Shown in pieces: positions 28,189 to 40,690 of a stretch of DNA of 64,000 nt. Positions within the stretch are counted from its first letter, which is position 1. The number at the start of each line of letters is the position of its first letter. The DNA is from Octopus vulgaris (taxonomy: Eukaryota). The notes under the pieces are model-generated. The model ran no database searches and was not told where the DNA came from. It worked only from the letters and a program-made list of their open reading frames with translations. A program made the position numbers and the translations under genes. The stretch covers positions 27,032,001 to 27,096,000 of the forward strand of contig OX597820.1 in the NCBI GenBank assembly GCA_951406725.2, given 5' to 3'.

Positions 28189-28819
28189 TAGTTGTTGTAT
28201 AGTACCAGGTCACAGCTAATGACCAGCGTCATCCAAGTCTTGGTACAGCAGTGGAATTTGAAAGAATGCAGCTGTTCCTTCGGGTCAAACAGTCGCATAA
28301 AGACCCTCACAGGGAGACGAATTTATTGAAGTCGATGCTGTTTGACTGCATGTAAAGTCAACCCCGATTAAAACACACATGGAATAGCTTCGATCAAAGT
28401 TATTCCAGTCGTGGCCATCTCGGCCTTTTTCTATTAATAGCTATACCGACTCCATTAACTAATATTTCCTGCCTTTTAATACTTTGCTATTTCTAGCAAA
28501 ATCAGGATATCTGGTTGTCATGGCAAGCTCTTGTACGATATGCTAAGCGGCCCTATATAGTTTCTATTATAAACGTTTATTGTTAATGTTACTCACCTAA
28601 TTATCCATAGAATAATTTATATCTGCGTTGTATATTTAATCGAATTTTTATGTGTATTCAACTATCTCCAATAATAATTAACAATTGTGACCTATTTTTT
28701 ACTCTCGTTGAACAATTTCATTGCTAAAGTTGTGTTTTACAACTAAGTTGTTATTTATGATACATAACGATTTGTAACATAAAGAAAACAGCAACAATAG
28801 TAATTATAATAATAATAAT

Positions 28820-28995
28820 TGTTCTAATTTTGGTATAATGTCAGCAATTTTGAGGCGGGGGATTGGTGCAAGTCGATTACACCGACTCCAGTACTTGACT
28901 GGTACATTATTTTCTCAATCCCGAAAGGATGAAAGGCTAAGTCGACCTCAATGGCATTTGAACTCAGAACGGAGACAGGAGAAATATCGCAAGGC
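28820..28995 (-). mobile_element. SINE family B, 5' truncated
   Basis: ccgaaaggatgaaaggctaagtcgacctc..atttgaactcagaacg. Confidence 0.85.
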
Positions 28996-29004
28996 ATATG
29001 TATA

Positions 29005-29342
29005 TATAAACAAAAATGGGACACGAACGCAAAACATCCGGACAGTTATGTGATACAAAAAAGGGACATCAAAACATCCAGACAAATGATACAAAGAAAA
29101 CAAGGACGGGTCATTTGGAGTTTTCTTTCCTCAGTCGAGTTCCAGACTATCTTTGCAATTTCGGCTGTTTACACTCGAGATTGCTCCAATCTGGCCAGCC
29201 CCAAGGAAAAACTAAGCTAAGAGCACTAGATTCCTTGGAAGAAAGGAATGTAAACGAAAACGAAGAAGTGATACACAGATACAAATAACAGGACATTAAC
29301 AACGGGTGTCTTTCGACTAAGGACGAATCAAATTAAGCTGGC
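29005..29342 (-). mobile_element. Unclassified dispersed repeat (family D) with internal gggaca..aaacatcc.gaca..gatacaaa subrepeats
   Basis: The reverse complement matches 54992-55160 and 59833-59895 (cagccgaaattgc.aggat..gactga.ga..atgacccgtccttg). Confidence 0.7.
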
Positions 29343-29349
29343 GTATATA

Positions 29350-29512
29350 TGACAGGCTTCTTTCAGTTTCTGTCTACCAAATTCACTGACAAGACTTTGG
29401 TCGGCCCGAGGCTATAGTAGAAGACACTTGGCCAAGGTGTCACGCCGTGGGACTGAACCTGGAACAATGTGATTGAGAAGCAAGCTTCTTACCACACAGC
29501 CATGCCTGCGCC
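29350..29512 (-). mobile_element. SINE family A, 5' half
   Basis: ggcttctttcagtttc..ccacacagccatgcctgcgcc. Confidence 0.88.
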
Positions 29513-29526
29513 TGTATACATATATT

Positions 29527-29745
29527 GTGAAAGTGTGGGTCCTAGTGGTTAGAGGAGCTGCACTCACGTTCATGAGATTGTGGTTTCAATTTCGAGACTG
29601 GTTGCGCTTGTGTTCTTGGACAAATCACTTCCTTTCCCGTTGCTCCAGTCTACTCAGCTGTAAATAAGGAACACCACGACAAACTAGCATTCCGATGAGG
29701 GATTGTGACAAGCGACGTATAACAACATTCGACAAGTGTGGTTGA
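29527..29745 (+). mobile_element. tRNA-derived SINE (H2 + M2 + V-like tail), degenerate
   Basis: cctagtggttag..gtggtttcaatt..tgtgttcttggacaaatcactt..gttgctccagtctactcagctgtaaat..actagcattcc. Confidence 0.65.
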
Positions 29746-30043
29746 TCACGTGATATACATATATACATACATAAATGTGTGCGTGTGTGTGGTCGTGCGT
29801 GTGTTAGAATCAATGTAATCATATTCACTGGTACCCACGACCTCTGAGCCTTTGGTGAGGCAGCAATGGGAACTCATGGTTATCCTCCCATCCGAACATC
29901 AATAAAAGTATAGTGCAAAATAATGAAAAACAAATGACAAAAGAACAAGTATTACGTAAATATATCCAGAGGTCACACCTGTTTAAGCTGATAAAACACC
30001 TGTCAGTTAATGAGTATAGTTACGTAATTTGTGTTTACATTTA

Positions 30044-30105
<62 letters not shown>

Positions 30106-30147
30106 GTCTGTCTGTCTGTAGCTAGCTAGCTAGCTAGCTAGATAGAT

Positions 30148-30186
<39 letters not shown>

Positions 30187-30193
30187 TAGATAT

Positions 30194-30225
<32 letters not shown>

Positions 30226-31597
30226 GTTGGGCCATTTGTGACTCACCAGAACATTCGGTATTTAATTTACATTACGTTATGATTATTATTCATTTTGTTC
30301 CTGATGTGCGAGTACGTGTGCACTCGTCATTATTCAATTTTACAAAATATGAAGCATATTTTTGACATTGCTCGAGCATATTCAACTTATTCTGTACATA
30401 AGTTTTGGCTCATCCAGTATATTTTTCTTTCTGTCCTTTTGCCCACCTTTCTATGTATGTATGTATGTATGTATGTATGTATGTATGTATGTATGTATGT
30501 ATGTATGTATGTATGTATGTATGTATCTATCTATGTATCTATCTATCTATCTATTTATTTATCTTCCTATCTATCTATCCATCTATCTATACATAAGTAT
30601 ATATATAAATGTATTTAAGAATATTCATTTTTAGATGTATATAATATATATTATATATGCACTCTCATATATCTATACGTAAATACATATAAGTGTGTGA
30701 GTGTGCGCGCTAGTGTGTGTGTATGTGTTTGTGAGTGTGTATGTAAAATTATGTCTCTTGTCAAAAATGCAAAGCAGTGTGATCGAACCAGTGACTGCAA
30801 GGTCTTATCTATTTATCTTTGAACGTTCACACCCACAGCGAGTAAGGTGAAAGAGAAGTTAAAAGGAAAAAAGAAGGTTGGAAGAAGTATGTTAAATTTA
30901 TCAGCTGTAGACTGTATGAATGTGAGCCTATGCACACACATAAACAAACCCACAAGTGTGTGTGCGTGTATGTGTGTGAGTATTTATGCTTGTGTATATT
31001 CCATGTGTATGTGCATATTTATAAAATGGAGCAATCGATTGATGGATTCGCTGACAAAATAAGTGTAACAGAAACGTGGATGCGTTCAACTGGAAGTTAA
31101 TTGTAGAGTATTTTGTATGGGAAGATATACCGAGTGTGCCTTCTGCGTCAAAAATGCATAGTCTATATTGCAAGCTACTATACTTGAATTAGTGAGCCGA
31201 AAATAAAATACTTTTTAATTAATTGGAATTATAAAATTAGTTAATGAGATTGGGAATTCATTAGCGTTAATTATTCTCAGAAGAGGGAAGGGAGACAAAT
31301 ACAAAATTTCTAACCGTCTAAAATTTAAAACTATGTAGGCGGGACGAAAAGGAGGAGTTAGTGAGTGTGGTTTTTGTGTTGTATTTCAGTTAGTATTTAA
31401 TTGAAATATTTAATTAGCTTTAATTTGTATTGTTTGTGTCAGTATAAATGCATAAATGATTTTTCCTGTTTTCTTTTACTAGCTTCTAGTCTTTGTGTTC
31501 GTCTATTCAACATAGTTGCTGTACATCATAGTATGCTTCATTCTGTATAGTAACTGCACATTCCCGCATCATCATCATCATCCTCGTCATCATCATG

Positions 31598-31813
31598 AAA
31601 GTGGCGAGCTGGTAAAATTGTTAGTATGTCGAGCAAATGCTTGACGAAATTTCATCCGTCTTGACGTTCTGAGTTCAAATTACGCCAAGGTCAATTCTGT
31701 CTTTCATTTTTCTTTTTCGGGGTCGGTACAATAAGTACCAGTCAAGTACTGAGGTCGATGTAATCGTCGTGCCTCGCCCCATAAGTTGCTGGCCATGTGC
31801 CAAAATTTGAATC

Positions 31814-31876
<63 letters not shown>

Positions 31877-32300
31877 CAACATGACGGTGAGTTGGCAGAA
31901 TCGTAAGTGTATCAGGCAAAATGCTTAGCAGTATTTCTTCTGTCTATTTACGTTTCGAGTTAAAATGCCCCCCACCCATCCCTGAGGTCGACTTTGCCTT
32001 TTTGCTGGATCGATAAAATAAGTAACAGTTCAATATTAGAGTTGAAGTAAGGCGTCGCGCTGGCAGAAACGTTAGCACGCCGGGCGAAATGCTTAGCGGT
32101 ATTTCGTCTGTCTTTACGTTCTGAGTTCAAAATCCACTGAAGTCAACTTTGCCTTTCATTCTTTCGGGGTCGATAAATTAAGTACAAGTTGCATACTGGA
32201 GTCGATCTAATCGACTGGCCCCCTCCCCCCAAATTTCGGGCTTTGTATCTAGATTAGGAAAGAATATTAAAGTTGAAGTGATCGACTAACCTATCTCACT
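31598..32300 (+). mobile_element. Cluster of three SINE-B copies (31598-31815; 31884-32048 resuming at 32280; nested 32049-32262) with (ATT)n at 31814-31876
   Basis: Three family B heads. The nested copy is flanked by the 17-bp TSD aatattagagttgaagt / aatattaaagttgaagt. Confidence 0.9.
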
Positions 32301-32518
32301 TGAAAATTTCATGATTATTGTTGTTATTATTGTTGTTGTTGTTGTTGTGAAAGTTTTTGAGAAAAAAATTGTTTTTCTTCCGAGAGACGTGAACTTTGCT
32401 TTCTGTTTTCGTTTTGTCTTTTTTTTTTTCCAAAAGATTTCTGAAAGCATTACACGCACACACACAACACTCTACATTCCGTGATCCTTCTAATCTCCCA
32501 TTCTTGCCTTCTTTCTGT

Positions 32519-32521
32519 TTT

Positions 32522-32606
<85 letters not shown>
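32519..32606. repeat. (TTTC)n microsatellite
   Basis: Seen directly. Confidence 0.95.
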
Positions 32607-32608
<2 letters not shown>

Positions 32609-33558
32609 CTACCGTTTCCGCTCTCCAACCCTCCCTCTCTCTTTCCTTTCTCTCTCCTTCATACTCTTTCCCCATTCTCCCTTCACATTCACACTATTGC
32701 GTGTTGCATATCCGAAGCGTTCATAAAAGATACGTTAAGTAGGGCACAGAAAGTGCAGAAAACTGTTGAGCTTTCTGTAACGATTGTCAATGTATTACGA
32801 TGCGCATGCGTGTCTTGGTGTGTGTTTTATACTTAATAGTGAATGTACTTATACTTATAATCGAACGTACATGTGTGTGTGACTGTGTGTATTACATTAA
32901 TGAATTAGTGCATGTGTATTACATTAATGTATATATGTATTATATTTATGAGCATGTCTACCTATATATCTCTATGTGTGTGGATGTGTTTGTATATTAT
33001 GTAGTTCATATTTACATCTGTTAATATTTCACTATATCAGTCTGTGAGTGTGTATGTGTGATTGTCTGTTTGTGTGTTTGTGTCTGTATGTGTAAATATT
33101 TTTATACATTTATGAATGGATGCGTGTAAGAACATGTTATATAATGTGAATAACGATCAATTTTGTGTGTGTGTGTGTGTTACGTGTTTCGTATTCGCTA
33201 GTATTGTATGTATGTATGTATGTATGTGTACGTGTGTATTCATATGCATGTGAATCGTTAACAAATGTGCATGTACATATGTTGGTACACATATGTACAC
33301 GTATAAGTAATTACTAGTATGTGTGCATATATATATATATATATTTAAATGGATGAATGAATTATCCTTTGTTTACCGTTAACAAGGAAAATTCAATAAA
33401 CCGTTACCAGGGTAGCAAAATTCACGCCAGTAACACGGTTGAAGCGACCTATTCAAAGGTAGAAACTCCGGGTTTCTGCAGTAATTTGTGTATTATAAAT
33501 AAATAAATAAATAAATAAATAAATAGAGTTGAACGAAGAAGTTATTAAAATTCTTTTA

Positions 33559-33640
33559 CTTTCGACATATGTTTCGAAGACAACATGGTTTTATTCCAAA
33601 GGAATAAACGGTGTAAAATGCAATCTTCTCATCAGGAAAG
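33559..33640 (-). ncRNA. Type I hammerhead ribozyme motif, core intact
   Basis: Minus strand: ctttc-CTGATGA-gaaga-(loop containing tttattcc/ggaataaa hairpin)-tcttc-GAAAC-atat-GTC-gaaag. Stems I and II pair perfectly, and stem III is the palindrome ACATATGT. Confidence 0.85.
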
Positions 33641-35394
33641 AAAGAGAGAGCCTCTATGAACAACAAGACATTATAACAATTATAATATATATATAGATAT
33701 ATATATAACATTAGAAACCCGTGCATTATCCCCAAAAATAGAACCAGGAGCCCCTCACCATAGAAATAGTAGCCCTCGATATTAAATGAAGGAATATATA
33801 AACTCCTAAATTCAATCTAGTTTAACAGTTTACATGCCTGGATCCCCTACGGGTGTTCCAACAACAATACCCAAATCCCTTTACCAACATATCTGAGTTT
33901 AAATCCCACCCCACCCATATCAACTAACTACATTATATACTTATTAAGCCCATTTCTCCTTAATATAACCTATTCATCCTCTTTAACAAACGCTAGCTCT
34001 TTCTATCATGAACCTAATTTGGAATACAGAGGGCATTGGTGCCTAACCCCAAGGTTAGCCCCCACCCCCTGACAACTAATTTTATTTTTCTGTGCATGCT
34101 ATAACACAGGTGAGCATTTTTGCACTAGTTTCAATCTGGACTTAATCTTTCCAGCCAGCATACTGGTCCGTTCTCACTTATAGTGAACCATATTAGTCCT
34201 ACCCGCTTAGGAACAACACAGCCTGCTGTAAAACATAAATTTAATAATTTAATATTCACTGATTCCCTCTCTAGATAGTATAGGTCTGTATTTGGGCACT
34301 ATAGTAGATTACTTCCCAAGAGATATTATTAATCTTAGGCTTATTGCGTATGAAGGGAAGTGAAATTTTGTGGAAGATCCAGTTTGGTTACATCCACATA
34401 AGGATTAATATAACAATAAGTTTAGTAATACGAACAATCTAATTATAATTATAACATATTATACGTTCAGTAAAATTTAGTAAACTGTGGTGAGATATGG
34501 AGTTTATAAGCATATTAGTAATTATCAAGTGATTTAACTTAATTGTTTGTGGTTTTTGTACTTGTGCTCTCTCGTATGTCTGAGAGGCAGAATGCACTCA
34601 GGAAACTGTCGACATTTACTTGTTCGTCTAGTATTACCACCACTTGGAAGTTTGCTGGCTATATAAGATGGCAGATTTTGCATTATATTTCGAAGGTAAT
34701 TCTCACTAGCATTCACCTCCCTATCATCAGTTTTCTCCCTTTAACTGCAAAAAGGTTGATAGCCGTATTCGTTGCTAGTATTTACTTTATTTTTATTATT
34801 TTTTAAATTTTATTTTGTTATATTGAGATGGAGTAGAAGGGCATAAGCGGCCTCGTGCTACTTATGACATAGTCTTCTCCCCCACACGTTTTTATTTACT
34901 GGTTCCTTTTTTCTTCTTTATTTACGTCTACCCCTGTAAGGGTCTTAACTTGCCCTTGGTTTAAATATAACTGACAAATTGTAGAGATGGCAGAACTTTG
35001 GTCAATTCCATTACGGGCAACAGGTATTTGGTCTCTAGAATATTTCAGTAAGTACACCATTATAAAAACTCGACGGGTTTGGTTTTAGATAGATATTAAA
35101 TAGCTCTATTTACGGAATCATAAGTGTTATTCGTTTTCTAGCGATTCCTGTCTTACTTTACCTCTAGTTTTATCCTATTGCTATTTATACACCTTGGTAC
35201 CCTTACATAAAGGGATAACCAATAAATCATTTCTCTCGCTCATTTATTAGTTCACTCTTTTGCCTATCGACTTCAAACATCACAAAGCGAAATGGTATGA
35301 TTCTAATATATTGAGCCTTCCTGGCCTCATCTCGAGGCCCTGTTCTTTCCTTTTCCTTCTTCCCTTTATTTATTTTATTTTATGTATTTGTATT

Positions 35395-35513
35395 CACTCT
35401 GATGAAGCTCCATGTATTAAATCGAATATGCTATAAAGATGGCGAATGTTATTTTCGGAATTTTCTTTGTAAGCACCGATTTACATCGGCAGCCGTAACG
35501 GCCGTAAGAAGTG
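35395..35513 (+). ncRNA. Degenerate type I hammerhead motif
   Basis: cact-CTGATGA-agctccatgta...tacatcggcagcc-GTAAC-ggcc-GTA-agaagtg. GAAA is mutated to GTAA. Stem III is the palindrome ACGGCCGT. Confidence 0.5.
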
Positions 35514-35828
35514 GTATGTATTGTTATGTTATGTTTTGTAGTAAAAAATAATTAACCGATCTTGGTTAAATTGTTTATTTGTTGATCAAAAGTTTTCTCG
35601 ATTTTCGGCTTATTTAAATTTGATTCCTGATAAACTTTTGTTTATTCTGTTATTACCTGTACCCTATGAGCATAGTGTATCTGCATACTCATGCCCAGGG
35701 TTAACATAGGTAATTGATACCGGTAGTAAAAACGGATATTCTTATCCTTAGACAGTTATTACAACCGCTAACTCTGCTTACCTTATATACATATGTATAT
35801 ATATACATATACATATATACATATATAC

Positions 35829-35878
<50 letters not shown>

Positions 35879-36006
35879 ATATTGGAGGGCTGGCCTGCTA
35901 GGTAGCCGGCCAGAATGCTAGAAGAATTTTTAAATATATATATATATATATATATAAATATATATATATATTTATAAATATATATATGTATGTATGCTTA
36001 CCTTAT

Positions 36007-36094
<88 letters not shown>

Positions 36095-36139
36095 GTATGT
36101 ATGTGCGTGTCTGTATTATATAAATTGTTTGTAGTCTTT

Positions 36140-36320
36140 CATTCTTTTATTCTTTTAATCTTTTACACGTTTCAGCCATTTCACTGCGGTCATACTGGAG
36201 CAACACTTTAAAGGGTCTTAGTCGAAGAAATGTATCCCAGGACTTATTCTTTGTAAGCCTAGTACTTATTCTATCGATTTCTGCGTTACCGGGACACCAA
36301 GCACACCAACATCGGAAACA
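36140..36320 (-). mobile_element. SINE family A 3' fragment
   Basis: ccaggacttattctttgtaagcctagtacttattctatcg. Confidence 0.8.
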
Positions 36321-37436
36321 CACACACGCACATATATATAAATATATACATGTATATATGTACGTATGTATATATATATATATATGTTTATATGTGTGTG
36401 TGTGTATGTGTGTATTTATGTGTGAGTGTGCGTGTGTGCGTGGCTGAGTGTACGTTTTGGTTGGTGCAATGCCGTTATGGTACATAAAAAGTGATTAAAA
36501 CGTTCGGAAATAAGGGAAAGAATGTGGATTGTACAAAACAAAACAGAAAAACAAAAGGGTGGTGGTGGTGGTGGAGAAAAAGAAATAAAAATGATGGAAA
36601 TTAATTCAAGGATATAACAGAAACGGAAGCTGCAGTTATTTTCTACGATAATGAGAAAGACGTGAAGAAAAAAAACAGAAACAAAAACCTTTATATAAAA
36701 ATAATTAAAACAATAAGAAAAGAAAGGAAGTTATAGAGTATAGAAATTTCCACTGTTGGAAGTGGGGTGGGACAATGTTGATACGTTGAATAGAAACATT
36801 AAAGCAATTAAATGGATTCGAAGAAATAATTTGAAAGAAAAACTATATAAAAATACAAAATGCGAACTCGTGGCGCAGCTCAAGAGAACAGCACAAATGG
36901 TTTGTTATATAGGTCGGTGAAGTGTTCATTGGTAAGAAGGCGAAGGCAAGCTGTTTCAATCTAAACATTTATTCGTCTACTAATATTGATTTAATGATAT
37001 GTTAGCACCTTTTTTTTAGAAACATTATTGTTAAATTTATGATAATTAATATCGTGTTTAATATTTAAATTAGTTTACATGCGGACAGCAATAAGACCTA
37101 GAAACTTAAGAGACTCCGGCATATCCAGACCGTGAGTCCAGACCGTGAATTTAGATTTGATTCCCGGCTGGGCTGCTTGGTGTCAATTAATGCTTTTAAT
37201 ATTAAAGTTGCCTGTAATTAATTACAAAGGTCATATATATATATTTCTCCATTTTCTTATCTTGTATTAGTAATTTGTGGTAAATCATTTTACCTTTGCC
37301 CATATAATACAGTAAATGAATTGATTGCATCGCAATCATTAACATTTATGTATTAACTTTGTTGGGTACTTCACTAGCAGTATATTGGATATATGTTATC
37401 CCATGGTGGGTTGCATTTACAACCCCTATCTTAATT

Positions 37437-37493
<57 letters not shown>

Positions 37494-40319
37494 TATATAC
37501 ATATATACATATACACACATGCTTATATAGATGGGTACACGTACACACACACACATACACAATGTAATGACCTGTCAGTGGGATCAACAAAAGTGTACTT
37601 CGTTCACTAAAAGTAAAAGTAAAGTTTAATATACATTGGATTTAAATGCGAGCTACTATTAATTTCATGTTTTTGAAAATACAATGGCCGGACAAGCCTG
37701 TATAGAGACAGTGTCTGAATAATTGCACGGATATAGAAGGTACATGCTTGAAGAAGACAGTAAGCCACAAGAACCAGAACGTGGACTAGAACCAATCGGT
37801 AGAATAGAATCCATTCCCATGAATTTATTTCGATTTCATCTTGTCTATTCCTGAAGAATAGAAGACAAAGTCGATATAAGTGAGATTTAATTACACACAA
37901 GCACACAAGCACACATACACATACACACACACAACTTCGTATGTATATATATATATCTCACTCTCTCTTTCTCTCTCTTTCCAGATGGTTACGCCACCTC
38001 CTAGAAATAGCAATCTAATCTCCCTCAAATTATATATCAGCATCTAAAAGCAAAGAGAAAATTACGCTGGCTAAAGTAACCTCAAATAATGCCACAAAGA
38101 ATACTGTCTAATGTTCTAACGATTCTACAGACCCGCTATCTTCATAAAATTCCAACAGAAAGAAATGAAAAACAATCACAATCACAATTACTGTCTTGGA
38201 AAAAGGAAAGAATACGATACATTAAACAAAGATTCCATCAATTATGAAAATTTGGTCACATGAAGTTGCTCAAAACTTTTACATAAATTTTTTGATTCCT
38301 AACAATAATTAGGGAAATCACACTTGATCATTGATCAAATTCGATCCTAGAAAAATTGCGAAGCTTTGGTGAAAATAAGAAACAAAAGCAACAAAAAACA
38401 AAGGTTATAAAAGATGTTTAGCTTCTAATTCATTAATTTCCAGCGTCGATAAAATATGTTTGATCTTTCTTCTGCCATTTCCCTTTCCCCATTGCTGTCA
38501 TTGTCTACTACAAGGCTTTCATCTCTCTCTCTCTCTCTGTTTCTCTTTATTTTTTCTTATCTCTTGCTTTGTCTATCATGCTAACTTAGTCTGTCTTTCA
38601 CAGTCCTATCATTTGCTTTGTTTACCAACCAGTCTGTCTGTCTTTTGCTGTACTATCTTTTGCTTTGTCTATCATTCTGTCATTGTCTGTCTCTATCTGC
38701 GTGTCTGTGGCTGTCAATCTGTCTGTGTGTCTGTTTGACTGTCAGTCCGTCTGTTTCTCTCTTTGTCTTATCTCGTGGCTTGGTTAATCAATCTATCTGT
38801 CATTCGCTCACTTTGTTTTTCTCTATCTAATATTGTCAAAATACGAAGCCAATCCTGGGTCCTACACGCATACACACACAACCACTCATTCACAAACACA
38901 CAAACGCACAGACACATTCACGCATCAACATATACACAAACATGCACGTACACTCAGTAGCGTACTGGGATCGATGTAATCGAGCTGGCCCACCTTCGAA
39001 ATTGCTGGCCATGTATCAAAATTCGAAACAAATATGATATTGTAATGTCTTCAATTCCTAAAATAAGATAATTATGCAGATTCCCTTTGCATCATTATCT
39101 TTGACAGTTCAGCTCTTCATCCCGAAGAATACTTTGCAATTTAATTGTAACGTATTGCAATCTGCTGTTACCGTCAATTTATTATCGATACATCAACCAC
39201 AAATTTTATTTTACATCAGAACTGAAAAACAAAGAGTTAATGCATTACTTCGCACCATTACCAAATCAAGACACTATGCGCAGGTCATTCAATGACATTA
39301 CAACAAACTTTTCGAGAAAGTATTTAGATGTAAGTCTCAATATAGCGTGACCCGTCAGTTCTAGAATACTTTTACCATAGGGTTTGACATACCCTTTTAT
39401 ATCCTTTTAAAGCTTATTATTATCAGCATAGTAATTGTAAAGTGTTTGCGTGAGTAGAAACACACACATACACACACACATGTCTGTATGTATATTCGTA
39501 TATTCGTATATATGAAAGAAAGAATGTATATGTATTTATAATGTATAAAAGAATTACAGTATGTATTATTTTTTTAATGTTCTCGTATTGTAAAAATGCT
39601 TAAATTATTGTAACATTCAATTTCGAGCTCTTAGCTGCAAGTGGTGGTGACAAAATTAATTAGTTGTTAAAGATAACATATGTAGCAATTTTAATATTGC
39701 TCTTGGCTACTGGTTCATTACTACATTATTTAAATTAAGGTAATTTTCTTTTTAGCTTCGATATAATCTACACAAATAACTTTTCCACTAAAAGTTGAAG
39801 AAAGGTCAGCGATACCAAAAACTGTTAAAGAAGTAAATAATAATTCTATAGAAATTGTACTATTTTCTCGAACAAATCGAATCATGGTATAATCATGGCG
39901 GAATAGCACTCTGAGTGTAGAGCTTATTAAATTAGTATTAATCTAATAATTGCCGTATTATGTAAAGGTAATTTTCGCCGAAAATCTTTCAGCTTTGACT
40001 AAATTTATCATCTTAAAATATCCAAACGATTCAGCTGATTAATATTTTAGATTTAGAATTTCCTTCGATAAATATTTAAAGCATTCTCTTGAGATGGAAG
40101 TGAAAAACAAAATAAACAAAGCAAGACCAAAACAAAATGGTGTAAATCTTTTTTAAAGCATGCATACATAATACAAACAGAAACTTAGCGCCATTTGCAA
40201 ATTAATATAACCACCGCTACTTTTATAGAATTTGTCCATAAATAAAGTATGCGGAATACAATAATCCACTACCGCTATTGCTGCAGTCATCATTACCGCT
40301 ATTAATATAATTTCTACTA

Positions 40320-40690
40320 TAGATACAAGGTCTGGATTTTTGCGGGGGAGGAGGACAATCGATTACATCGACCCCAGTACGTGACTGGTATTTAATTTAT
40401 TGACCTCGAAAAGATAAAAGACAAAGTCGACCTTGGCGGAATTTGAACTCAGAACGTAGCGACAGAAGAAATACCTATTTGTTTTCTACCCACAAGGGGC
40501 TAAACACAGAGAGGACAAACGGATTAAGTCGATTATATCGACCCCAGTGCGTAAATGGTACTTATTTAATCGACCCCGAAAGGATGAAAGGCAAAGTCGA
40601 CCTCGGCGGAATTTGAACTGAGAACGTAGCGGTAGATGAATTACCGCTAAGCATTTCGCCCGGCGTGCTAACGTTTCTGCCAGCTCGCCT
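40320..40690 (-). mobile_element. Two abutting SINE-B copies (about 40320-40472 and 40473-40690)
   Basis: Two copies of atcgaccccagt..aaagtcgacct.ggcggaatttgaact.agaacgtagcg. Confidence 0.9.

Larger units (their letters stand above)
33400..35760. mobile_element. Probable Penelope-like retroelement relic: two divergently oriented 3' fragments, each ending in a hammerhead motif
   Basis: Type I hammerhead motifs at 33559-33640(-) and 35395-35513(+). Weak remnants resembling the PLE endonuclease C-terminus: minus KPKINNISWEVI..PKYR near 34280-34350; plus LSTF..IRWQIL..PPYHQ..C near 34605-34750. The stretch is nearly free of SINEs and microsatellites. Confidence 0.55.
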
